Source: Ylistrum balloti (taxonomy: Eukaryota). From it: a stretch of 64,000 bases of DNA. The notes under the pieces were generated by a model. The model did not search any database. It was not told the DNA's origin and worked only from the letters and a program-made list of their open reading frames with translations. The stretch is from positions 744,001 through 808,000 of the forward strand of contig NW_026782078.1 in NCBI RefSeq assembly GCF_031769215.1. The letters are read 5' to 3'. Position numbers and translations under genes: made by a program. Below, one piece after another: positions 35,758 through 47,153 of the stretch (positions within the stretch are counted from its first letter, which is position 1; every line of letters begins with the position of its first letter).

Positions 35758-38254
35758 ATGTGTGACACAAAAATGATGTTTCAAAAATACATCATTCTGA
35801 TATGTATTCAAGTATTCGTAGTTCAGATAGTACTGTCACCAGTATCCTACGGCAAAACTGCGCCCTCTAACGGCACAGAGAATGAGGACGTGCCCAGAAA
35901 TATCAGCAGCGATCCAGGAAGAAAAAGTACAGTGGGGAAAGCACTTGCAGATCTCATCAAAGGTAACGTGTCCGGGAATTTGTGGGGAAGGAACTTGTAG
36001 ATCTCATCAAACGTAACGTGTCCGGGAATTTGTGGGGAAGGAACTTGTAGATCTCATCAAAGGTAACGTGTCCGGGAATTTGTGGGGAAGGAACTTGTAG
36101 ATCTCATCAAAGGTAACGTGTCCGGGAATTTGTGGGGAAGGAACTTGTAGATCTCGTCAAAGGTAACGTGTCCGGGAATTTGTGGGGAAGGAACTTGTAG
36201 ATCTCATCAAAGGTAACGTGTCCGGGAATTTGTGGGGAAGGAACTTGTAGATCTCATCAAAGGTAACGTGTCCGGGAATTTGTGGGGAAGGAACTTGTAG
36301 ATCTCATCAATGGTAATGTGTCCGGGAATTTGTGGGGAAGGAACTTGTAGATCTCATCAAATGTAACGTGTCCGAGAATTTGTGGGGAAGGAACTTGTAG
36401 ATCTCATCAAAGGTAACGTGTCTGGGAATTTGTGGGGAAGGAACTTGTAGATCTCATCAAATGTAACGTGTCCGGGAATTTGTGGGGAAGGAACTTGTAG
36501 ATCTCATCAAACGAAACGTGTGCAGGAATTTGTGGGGAAGGAACTTGTAGATCTCATCAAAGGTAACGTGTCCGGGAATTTGTGGGGAAGGAACTTGTAG
36601 ATCTCATCAAAGGTAACGTGTGCAGGAATTTGTTGGGAAGGAACTTGTAGATCTCATCAAAGGTAACGTGTCCGGGAATTTGTGGGGAAGGAACTTGTAG
36701 ATCTCATCAAAGGTAACGTGTCCGGGAATTTGTGGGGAAGGAACTTGTAGATCTCATCAAAGGTTACGCGTGCAGGAATCTGTTGGGAAGGAGCTTGCAG
36801 ATAACCTCAAAGGTAATGTCTTCAGAAATTTGGATGGGGGTGGGGGCGGAAATCGCAAATCTGAAGAAAGAAAGAATGATCTGTAAATGTACCTGTATTT
36901 TCTGATAGAATTACCTTAATCACTCTGAAGCAGAGCATGTATATAAATGTGACAGGCCGCCCGAATACAAGCTGACGTTTATAACATCAGGTATATCTAA
37001 AGTGTATGTATTATCATCGGAAATTTATTACAACTAAGTTATTTCATCTGAATTCGAATCCTACATAGACAAGTATAAAACGGATTTAATCTAACACATA
37101 GTGAAGAATAGTTCAATGCAGCAAATGTTCGGAAATTTAAAGAATTATCATATCTTAGGCAGGGTTTGATATTCGACGCCATGATCTCATTCGGAAAACA
37201 TGTTTGTTTGTTTGTTTTTATTATTCTTAATCTGCAGGTACTTATTCATGAATAGGTGTGTATTTCTTTCTTTCGTTCAAATTCTGATATCATTTTGATC
37301 GGTTCTGCATTTGAGTACAGGGTTTAGACAATATTTTTCTTTAGTGACTATCATTGATATTTTATGTCATGTTCCAGCTATCTTCAGACTGATAAGGGTT
37401 GAGATTAAGTCAACCGAAGATCTTATACCTGACTTTGAAGATGACCCGAACCGTGACCCCATGTCACTACCTCTAATAACGGTCAGTTTATCTTCAAACA
37501 ATTGCATGTCGCCATTCCTTCTAGTAACGATCAGCATACATACCACATGACCTGTTACTTACTCTACAACGGTATCTCCCATGTGACCACGTGTTACTTC
37601 CTCTGATAACTTTTCCTCTCTCGTGATCTTATCATGTAACTCCCTCTTTTAACGGCCATTGTATCTCCAATATATTTCCAACATGATATAATTTGACTTC
37701 CTCGGTTAGCATATTTCCCACGTGACCCATTGTTAGCTTTCAATATATACAGACACTCCCTCTACAATAATAATGAATCCGCTTAATAAATACTTTGTTT
37801 TTTTTAGATTGAGAACGTGAACGGGACACTTGTAGCCACCTCCAGGGACGTCAACATATACGACGCCATAAGAGATGTAAGACTTCTGTTTCCGTCACTC
37901 TCGCTCACAAAACTCGCCTCTTTACTCAGATTACTAATTCGATTTCTCCGTAAACTGTTGTAGATTCTGTATACCAATTAAAAAGCACACATTTATACAT
38001 GTATGGCGCAGTTTTTCTTCTTTCTGTGTATCACATCAGTGTCAAAGTACTGTGTGAATGAAATAAATCATAAGACTTTAATCATAAACAAAACCCTGCT
38101 AATTCCTGTACTTCCTATCTGTGAACAGCAACAACGACGTCAAAATAACAGCCACGAGGTGCACTATGTTTCCGGTCAGCAAGATGGCGGCATATCTGTT
38201 GAGGGGGCTGGTCTCAGCAAGGAAGGAATGGATTCAGGCGAGAATGAGCTCTGA
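35758..38254 (+). CDS. Cluster gene 5: secreted protein, ~167 aa, 4 exons (35758-35962, 37378-37481, 37808-37876, 38129-38254)
   Basis: Hydrophobic MFQKYIILICIQVFVVQIVLSPVSYG, then ...PGRK-STVGKALADLIK|A-IFRLIRVEIKSTEDLIPDFEDD...LIT|IENVNGTLVATSRDVNIYDAIRD|QQRRQ...ENEL*. Canonical GT-AG sites, phases 1,0,0; total 504 nt. The exon 3 start resembles gene 4 exon 3 ([VI]E-x-x-NG-x-x-V-x-T). The start could be at 35758, 35773 or 35776. Confidence 0.72.
35951..36820. repeat. 50-bp minisatellite, ~17 copies, made of the gene 5 exon 1 end plus 5' splice site
   Basis: Unit atctcatcaaaggtaacgtgtccgggaatttgtggggaaggaacttgtag. Confidence 0.95.
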
Positions 38255-39084
38255 AAATAGAAGACTTATTATAGAGAAATTGTATATCATAACTTCCAAA
38301 ATTAAAAATGGTATCCGCAAAAGGTCAGAGTCCAAGAAGAATTATCACTTTTTTAGAACAAAGTGATATAGTTTCATAACTCTATGTTACAATTTTGCGA
38401 TTACATATCGCATTTAGCCAATGGAGTGTCTGGTGAAAAAGTGTACGATGTTTGTGACCTTCATTTAGGAATGACTTATTTAACGGCAACTTAGCGTAAT
38501 GTTATCACCATGTCACTAAAGCTACGGTATAGTCACCTGTGTGAGGACTGTACTTATGGTGTATACCTACACTAATGTCATTATGTATCCTAAGTTTGTA
38601 AGTTGGTGGAATTGAATTCAACTAGAATAATATCGCTAGTTTTTATTTAGTTTCCTTTATTAAATAAATGGGATTAAAATCACACGTTACATGATTTTAC
38701 AAATTTAAAATCACATGAATCTGATTGTTTTGATTTAGATTGTTGATTTGAAATTTCTATCATTATTCATACGTAATGTGGTATATACATATAGCTTTGT
38801 AATTCCTACATTAGCAGTGTGTGTTGAGACTTTGACTTAAATTTGAGACATAATTTGACGACTGTTAAAACAAGATGTTTACAGTAAAAGCTATTGTTTC
38901 TGTTTTTGTTTGTTTTGATGTGTTTTTTTTTTATTTTTCCTGTAATTTACATTTAGTTTAATATTGGTCCGTGTAAATTATAAATCAGGCAAATAGACCA
39001 AGCATCTCTGTAATCGACTCTAAGTGTTCATGTCAATAAAAAAAAAACCAGCAGAAATGTTTGTTTTGTTATCAGTTCATATTA

Positions 39085-42000
39085 GGTTACCACATCTGAA
39101 GTAAGTATACCACATCTGAAGTAAGGTTACCACATCTAAAGTAAGGTTACCACATCTGAAGTAAGGTTACCACATCTAAAGTAAGTATACCACATCTGAA
39201 GTAAGGTTACCACATCTAAAGTAAGGTAACCACATCTGAAGTAAGGTTACCACATTTACAGTAAGGTTACCACATCTGAAGTAAGGTTACCACATCTAAA
39301 GTAAGGTTACCACATCTGAAGTACTGAAGTAAGGTTACCACATCTGAAGTAAGGTTACCACATCTGAAGTAAGGTTACCACATCTAAAGTAAGGTTACCA
39401 CATCTAAAGTAAGGTTACCACATCTAAAGTAAGGTTACCACATCTAAAGTAAGGTTACCACATCTGAAGTCTGAAGTAAGGTTACCACATCTGAAGTAAG
39501 GTTACCACATCTAAAGTAAGGTTACCACATCTAAAGTAAGGTTACCACATCTGAAGTAAGGTTACCACATCTGAAGTAAGGTTACCACATCTGAAGTAAG
39601 GTTACCACATCTGAAGTAAGGTTACCACATCTAAAGTAAGGTTACCACATCTAAAGTAAGGTTACCACATCACCACATCTGAAGTAAGGTTACCACATCT
39701 AAAGTAAGGTTACCACATCTAAAGTAAGGTTACCACATCTGAAGTAAGGTTACCACATCTGAAGTAAGGTTACCACATCTAAAGTAAGGTTACCACATCT
39801 AAAGTAAGGTTACCACATCTGAAGTAAGGTTACCACATCTGAAGTAAGGTTACCACATCACCACATTTAAAGTAAGGTTACCACATCTGAAGTAAGGTTA
39901 CCACATCTGAAGTAAGGTTACCACATCTAAAGTAAGGTTACCACATCTGAAGTAAGGTTACCACATTACCACATCTGAAGTAAGGTTACCACATCTAAAG
40001 TAAGGTTACCACATCTGAAGTAAGGTTACCACATCTAAAGTAAGGTTACCACATCTAAAGTAAGGTTACCACATCTGAAGTAAGGTTACCACATCTGAAG
40101 TAAGGTTACCACATCTAAAGTAAGGTTACCACATCTGAAGTAAGGTTACCACATCTGAAGTAAGGTTACCACATCTGAAGTAAGGTTACCACATCTGAAG
40201 TAAGGTTACCACATCTGAAGTAAGGTTACCACATCTAAAGTAAGGTTACCACATCTAAAGTAAGGTTACCACATCTGAAGTAAGGTTACCACATCTGAAG
40301 TAAGGTTACCACATCTGAAGTAAGGTTACCACATCTGAAGTAAGGTTACCACATCTGAAGTAAGGTTACCACATCTGAAGTAAGGTTACCACATCTGAAG
40401 TAAGGTTACCACATCTAAAGTAAGATTACCACATCTGAAGTAAGTAAGGTTACCACATCTTAAGTAAGGTTACCACATCTGAAGTAAGGTTACCACATCT
40501 AAAGTAAGGTTACCACATCTGAAGTAAGGTTACCACATCTGAAGTAAGGTTACCACATCTGAAGTAAGGTTACCACATCTGAAGTAAGGTTACCACATCT
40601 GAAGTAAGGTTACCACATCTGAAGTAAGGTTACCACATCTAAAGTAAGGTTACCACATCTGAAGTAAGGTTACCACATCTGAAGTAAGGTTACCACATCT
40701 GAAGTAAGGTTACCACATCTGAAGTAAGGTTACCACATCTGAAGTAAGGTTACCACATCTGAAGTAAGGTTACCACATCTAAAGTAAGGTTACCACATCT
40801 GAAGTAAGGTTACCACATCTGAAGTAAGGTTACCACATCTGAAGTAAGGTTACCACATCTTAAGTAAGGTTACCACATCTGAAGTAAGGTTACCACATCT
40901 GAAGTAAGGTTACCACATCTGAAGTAAGGTTACCACATCTGAAGTAAGGTTACCACATCTGAAGTAAGGTTACCACATCTGAAGTAAGGTTACCACATCT
41001 GAGGTAAGGATACCACATCTGAAGTAAGGTTACCACATCTGAAGTAAGGTTACCACATCTGAAGTAAGGTTACCACATCTGAAGTAAGGTTACCACATCT
41101 GAAGTAAGGTTACCACATCTGAAGTAAGGTTACCACATCTGAAGTAAGGTTACCACATCTGAAGTAAGGTTACCACATCTGAAGTAAGGTTACCACATCT
41201 GAAGTAAGGTTACCACATCTGAAGTAAGGTCACCACATCTGAAGTAAGGTAACCACATCTGAAGTAAGGTTACCACATCTGAAGTAAGGTTACCACATCT
41301 GAAGTAAGGTTACCACATCTGAAGTCTGAAGTAAGGTTACCACATCTGAAGTAAGGTTACCACATCTGAAGTAAGGTTACCACATCTGAAGTAAGGTTAC
41401 CACATCTGAAGTAAGGTTACCACATCTAAAGTAAGGTTACCACATCACCACATTCTGAATTAAGGTTACCACATCTGAAGTAAGGTTACCACATCTGAAG
41501 TAAGGATACCACATCTGAAGTAAGGTTACCACATCTGAAGTAAGGTTACCACATCTGAAGTCTGAAGTAAGGTTACCACATCTGAAGTAAGGTTACCACA
41601 TCTGAGGTAAGGATACCACATCTGAAGTAAGGTTACCACATCTGAAGTAAGGTTACCACATCTGAAGTCTGAAGTAAGGTTACCACATCTGAAGTAAGGT
41701 TACCACATCTAAAGTAAGCTTACCACATCTTAAGTCTGAAGTAAGGTTACCACATCTGAAGTAAGCTTACCACATCTGAAGTAAGGTTACCACATCTGAA
41801 GTAAGGTTACCACATCTGAAGTAAGGTTACCACATCTGAAGTAAGGTTACCACATCTGAAGTAAGGTTACCACATCTGAAGTAAGGTTACCACATCTGAA
41901 GTAAGGTTACCACATCTAAAGTAAGGTTACCACATCTGAAGTAAGGATACCACATCTGAAGTAAGGTTACCACATCTGAAGTAAGGTTACCACATCTGAA

Positions 42001-42270
42001 GTCTGAAGTAAGGTTACCACATCTAAAGTAAGGTTACGTAAGGTTACCACATCTAAAGTAAGGTCACCACATCTAAAGTAAGGTTACCACATCTGAAGTC
42101 TGAAGTAAGGTTACCACATCTGAAGTAAGAATACCACATCTGAAGTAAGGTTACCACATCTAAAGTAAGGTTACCACATCACCACATCTGAAGTAAGGTT
42201 ACCACATCTGAAGTAAGGTCACCACATCTAAAGTAAGGTTACCACATCTGAAGTAAGGATACCACATCTG
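39085..42270. repeat. 20-bp minisatellite, ~155 copies
   Basis: Unit gtaaggttaccacatctgaa, with a ...ctaaa variant. Confidence 0.95.
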
Positions 42271-44125
42271 GGACTATATTGTATGGTGATTTTACACTCC
42301 TGAAGTGTGGTAGTTGTATGGAGACACTCTGTACTCCTGAAGTGTGACTATAGTTGTATGGTGATACTCTACACTCCTGAAGTGGAACTATAGTTGTATG
42401 GTGATACTCTACACTCCTGAAGTGTGGTTATAGTTGTATGGAGACACTCTGTACTTCTGAAGTGTGACTATAGTTGTATGGTGATACTCTACACTCCTGA
42501 AGTGGGACTATAGTTGTATGGTGATACTCTACACTCCTGAAGTGGGACTATATTTGTATGGAGACACTCTGTACTCCTGAAGTGTGACTATAGTTGTATG
42601 GTGATACTCTACACTCCTGAAGTGGGACTATAGTTGTATGAAGACACTCTGTACTCCTGAAGTGTGGCTGTATCTGTATTGTGATACTCTGTACTCCTGA
42701 AGTGGGACTATAGTTGTATGGAGACACTCTGTACTTCTGAAGTGTGGCTATAGTTGTATGGTGATACTCTACACTCCTGAAGTGGGACTATAGTTGTATG
42801 GAGATACTCTACACTCCTGAAGTGGGACTATAGTTGTATGGAGATACTCTACACTCCTGAAGTGGGACTATAGTTGTATGAAGACACTCTGTACTCCTGA
42901 AGTGTGACTATAGTTGTATGGTGATACTCTACACTCCTGAAGTGGAACTATAGTTGTATGGTGATACTCTACACTCCTGAAGTGGGACTATAGTTGTATG
43001 GTGATACTCTACACTCCTGAAGTGTGACTATAGTTGTATGGTGATACTCTACACTCCTGAAGTGTGGCTATAGTTGTATGGAGACACTCTGTACTCCTGA
43101 AGTGTGACTATAGTTGTATGGTGATACTCTACACTCCTGAAGTGGACTATAGTTGTATGGTGATACTCTACACTCCTGAAGTGTGGCTATAGTTGTATGG
43201 AGACACTCTGTACTCCTGAAGTGTGACTATAGTTGTATGGTGATACTCTACACTCCTGAAGTGGAACTATAGTTGTATGGTGATACTCTACACTCCTGAA
43301 GTGTGGCTATAGTTGTATGGAGACACTCTGTACTTCTGAAGTGTGACTATAGTTGTATGGTGATACTCTACACTCCTGAAGTGGGACTATAGTTGTATGG
43401 TGATACTCTACACTCCTGAAGTGTGGCTATAGTTGTATGGAGACACTCTGTACTCCTGAAGTGTGACTATAGTTGTATGGTGATACTCTACACTCCTGAA
43501 GTGGGACTATAGTTGTATGGTGATACTCTACACTCCTGAAGTGGGACTATAGTTGTATGGAGACACTCTGTACTTCTGAAGTGTGGCTATAGTTGTATGG
43601 TGATATTCTACACTCCTGAAGTGGGACTATATTTGTATGGAGACACTCTGTACTCCTGAAGAATGGTTATAGTTGTATGGAGACACTCTGTACTCCTGAA
43701 GTGTGACTATAGTTGTATGGTGATACTCTACACTCCTGAAGTGGGACTATAGTTGTATGATGATACTCTACACTCCTGAAGTGTGGCTATAGTTGTATGG
43801 AGACACTCTGTACTCCTGAAGTGTGACTATAGTTGTATGGTGATACTCTACACTCCTGAAGTGGGACTATAGTTGTATGGTGATATTCTACACTCCTGAA
43901 GTGTGGCTATAGTTGTATGGAGACACTCTGTACTCCTGAAGTGTGACTATAGTTGTATGGTGATACTCTACACTCCAGAAGTGGGACTATAGTTGTATGG
44001 TGATACTCTACACTCCTGAAGTGTTGCTATAGTTGTATGGAGACACTTCGTACTCCTGAAGTGTGACTATAGTTGTATGGTGATACTCTGTACTCCTGAA
44101 GTGTGGCAATAGTTGTATGACAATA
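42271..44125. repeat. 40-bp minisatellite, ~46 copies, two interspersed variants
   Basis: Unit tatagttgtatggtgatactctacactcctgaagtgggac, alternating with a ...ggagacactctgtactcc... variant. Confidence 0.95.
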
Positions 44126-44460
44126 TTCCATACTCATTAAGTGGTAAAATTTATTTTTGATATAAAGTTTATATTTGGATATGTACTCTTTGCAAAAGAT
44201 GAAATGGTTGGATGAATGATATAAAGATGTGAACTGTTTTGAGGGTATATTGTAAAAGACAAGCATATATTAGATGCATTTTGCTGAGGATTAGGGCATT
44301 GAAAGAGTTAACACTATAGCTGCTTAATGAAATATTCGATATCTAGATTGTCAGAGTGAAAAATCTTATAAGTATGTACGCCTTGCCTGGTCCTATTGAT
44401 TCTATTGATATAAGATCAAAATCGAAATTTATCGTTCTACGTCAAAAACAAATTTAGTAT

Positions 44461-45590
44461 TCAAAGGAACAAAGAAAATTCTGACATGTTAACAGAACCA
44501 TAATTCAATCTCTGATCCCATAATAATAGAACAAGTATGAACAAAAGACAAAAGAACGATTTACACGGAGACGTCGGAAAAAGTACAAGAACAAAAAGAT
44601 CAGGAGTTCCGGAAGAGTTAGTGTATTCTGCTTCATCAACGGCACCCGCCATGTTAAATTTCCTCAATCTAAGTAAGCAATGTATAGTTCTCAAATGAGA
44701 ACAAGGTCGGAGAAGTCGGAAGCAGGCCTAGTCGTTTCGTCATAATCACCCCAGGTCTTATTGGTATACCTATGATAACTGACTGTGCCCCTTTGTTGGC
44801 TGACTTGTGTTTGTTTTCAGACAAGTCTGAATTTATCAAGGAGCTTACGCTTATCAAAACAGTCACAAAGACCTTGTAAAGTCATTCAGTTTCATTTTAA
44901 TATATATTTAGGATGACGTCTTGTCTTTAAATAACAAGACATTTATTGACTACGTCTATCGCATGTACCTACCAGAATGGGATATCAAAGACACGAAAGA
45001 CTCTTCTACATCAGCCGCTTATCCCGATCTTTTCCTTCAACGAAACCAACATGGACAACTTTTCACCAGACTGTATGATAAGCGTGATGATTCAGCCTGT
45101 GTCCCCTACCCACGGTGTTTACATACCGCAATTGATTCGATAGTCAAGAGCCTTTTTCCATTATCACGATTTTCGTGTAACAAGTTTTCAACTGTCGAAC
45201 AAACTCATGGTTTCAAAAGATGCGGATAAGAGAAAACCATGGGAAAGCCATCATTATGATCTCATGGAGAAACAATCTGTTTCTGTGTGCAGTAAGAAAC
45301 TGGACGTGTTTGATTCTCGTTAGTTTTCCTGTTGGTTCAAATGTTCCATATCTTGTTCTCATTTGAGAACGTGGCATTACGTTCTTGGATTGACCAATAT
45401 TTACCTGGGGAGTGGCGTCGATGAAGCGGAAGATGCTTACTCTTCCGGAACACTTGGTCTTATTATCCTTGTACTTTTTCAGACGCCTCTGTGCAAATAA
45501 GTTTTTGTTTATAGTTCGCCCTATTTTTATTTAATTTAAGTTCGGATTATGATAATATTGACATTTTTGTATTATGTGTTCTCAACACTG
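44461..45590 (+). mobile_element. Degenerate PLE: RT C-terminal half (44750-45330) plus 3' terminal repeat, preceded by an inverted copy of the terminal repeat (44461-44745)
   Basis: Reads LIGIPMITDCAPLLADLCLF...DDVLSLNN...DIKDTKDSSTSAAYPDL...RLYDKRDD...GVYIPQLIR. The reverse complement of 44461-44705 is similar to 45350-45570. Confidence 0.7.
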
Positions 45591-45654
45591 CTTAAGTTGA
45601 CCTTGGATAACGTAGCTGAAGATGTCGTCTCATGAATTTTGTATTCGAATTACA

Positions 45655-46700
45655 ATGTTTGTAACATGTCGACATTATCTTGTTTCTTGTTATACATATT
45701 ATGTATGGTATGTCGACATTATCTTGTTAGTTGTTATACATATTACGGTATTTCGACATTATCTTGTTATACATATCATGGTATGTCGACCTTATCTTGT
45801 TACTTTTTATATATATTACGGTATGTCGACATTAGTTTGTTATTTGTTATACGTATCACGGTATGTCGACATTATCTTGTTACCTGTTATACATATTACG
45901 GTATGTCGACATTATCTTGTTACTTTTTGTACATATCACGGTATTTCGACCTTATCTTGTTACTTTTTATACGTATCACGGTATGTCGACATTATCTTGT
46001 TACTTTTTATACATATCTCGGTATGTTGACATTAGTTTGTTACTTGTCATACGTATCACGGTATGTCGACATAATCTTGTTATTTGTTATACATATAACC
46101 GTTTGTCGACATTATCTTGTTACTTTTTGTACATATTACGGTATGTCGACATTATCTTCACACTTGTTATACATATTACGGTATGTCGACATTATCTTGT
46201 TACTTGTTATACATATCACGGTATGTCGACCTTATCTTGTTACTTGTTATACATATTACGGTATGTCGACATTATCTTGTTATACATATTACGGTATGTC
46301 GACATTATCTTGTTACTTGTTATACATATCACATTATGTCGACATTAGTTTGTTACTTGTTATACATATCACGGTATGTCGACATTAGTTTGTTACTATT
46401 TGTACATATTATGGTATTACGACACTTTCTTGTTACTTTTTATACATATTACGGTATGTCGACATTATCTAGTTACTTGTTATATATATTACGGTATGTC
46501 GACATTATCTTGTTATACATATTACGGTATGTCGACATTATCTTGTTACTTTTTATACATATTACGGTATGTCGACATTATCTTGTTATACATATTACGG
46601 TATGTCGACATCATATTGTTACTTTTTATACATATTACGGTATGTCGACATTATCTTGTTACTTTTTATACATATTACAGTATGTCGACATTATCGTCAC
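45655..46700. repeat. 40/31-bp minisatellite
   Basis: Unit ggtatgtcgacattatcttgttactttttatacatattac, with shorter variants. Confidence 0.92.
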
Positions 46701-47153
46701 ACTTTCACGGAAGAAAGAGTCAACGTCAGCAATCTACACTTATTCATAGTTATAATGTTTCTGTTAGATAACAAACGTCACAAGTATTTAAGATGTTTTG
46801 ATCATTTATATATATCGACCCTTAGCTTTTACTAATGACTAAATTAACTCTCTTTACCTGACATGTGTCTTTGACCTAGCCCCCATTACCGTCTCTCTAA
46901 CTAATGTAACAGATGGAATACTGAGATGTTATATCACAGCAACTACAGACACATGCATTAAGTAATAGTCATGTGACATGCTCATATTTGTCTTTATCTT
47001 TATGTAAAGGAACATATAAAAATATTTACAGCAAACGAAAGATCCTTTTGTAAAAGGCTTCTGTGTGAGCAGGCAAACATATCATAATACGGAACATGTG
47101 CCATTCTGTGAAGGACTTGTGAATTTCCAGTGAAGTCATTTATCATATAGACA

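Noticed and set aside
36909-36990. Possible gene 5 exon (NYLNHSEAEHVYKCDRPPEYKLTFITS)
   Set aside because: Its phases (0 to 1) are incompatible with the flanking exons. Exon 37378-37481 fits the phase and the family alignment.
31476-44125. CRISPR-like arrays
   Set aside because: Units are contiguous tandem copies without unique spacers, there are no cas genes, and the context is eukaryotic.
44921-45229. Functional reverse transcriptase gene
   Set aside because: Truncated, with frameshifts and a damaged YxDD region; a PLE relic only.
45622-46835. Multiple overlapping Cys/Tyr-rich ORFs
   Set aside because: Products of the 40/31-bp minisatellite, open in several frames with repeated frameshifts.
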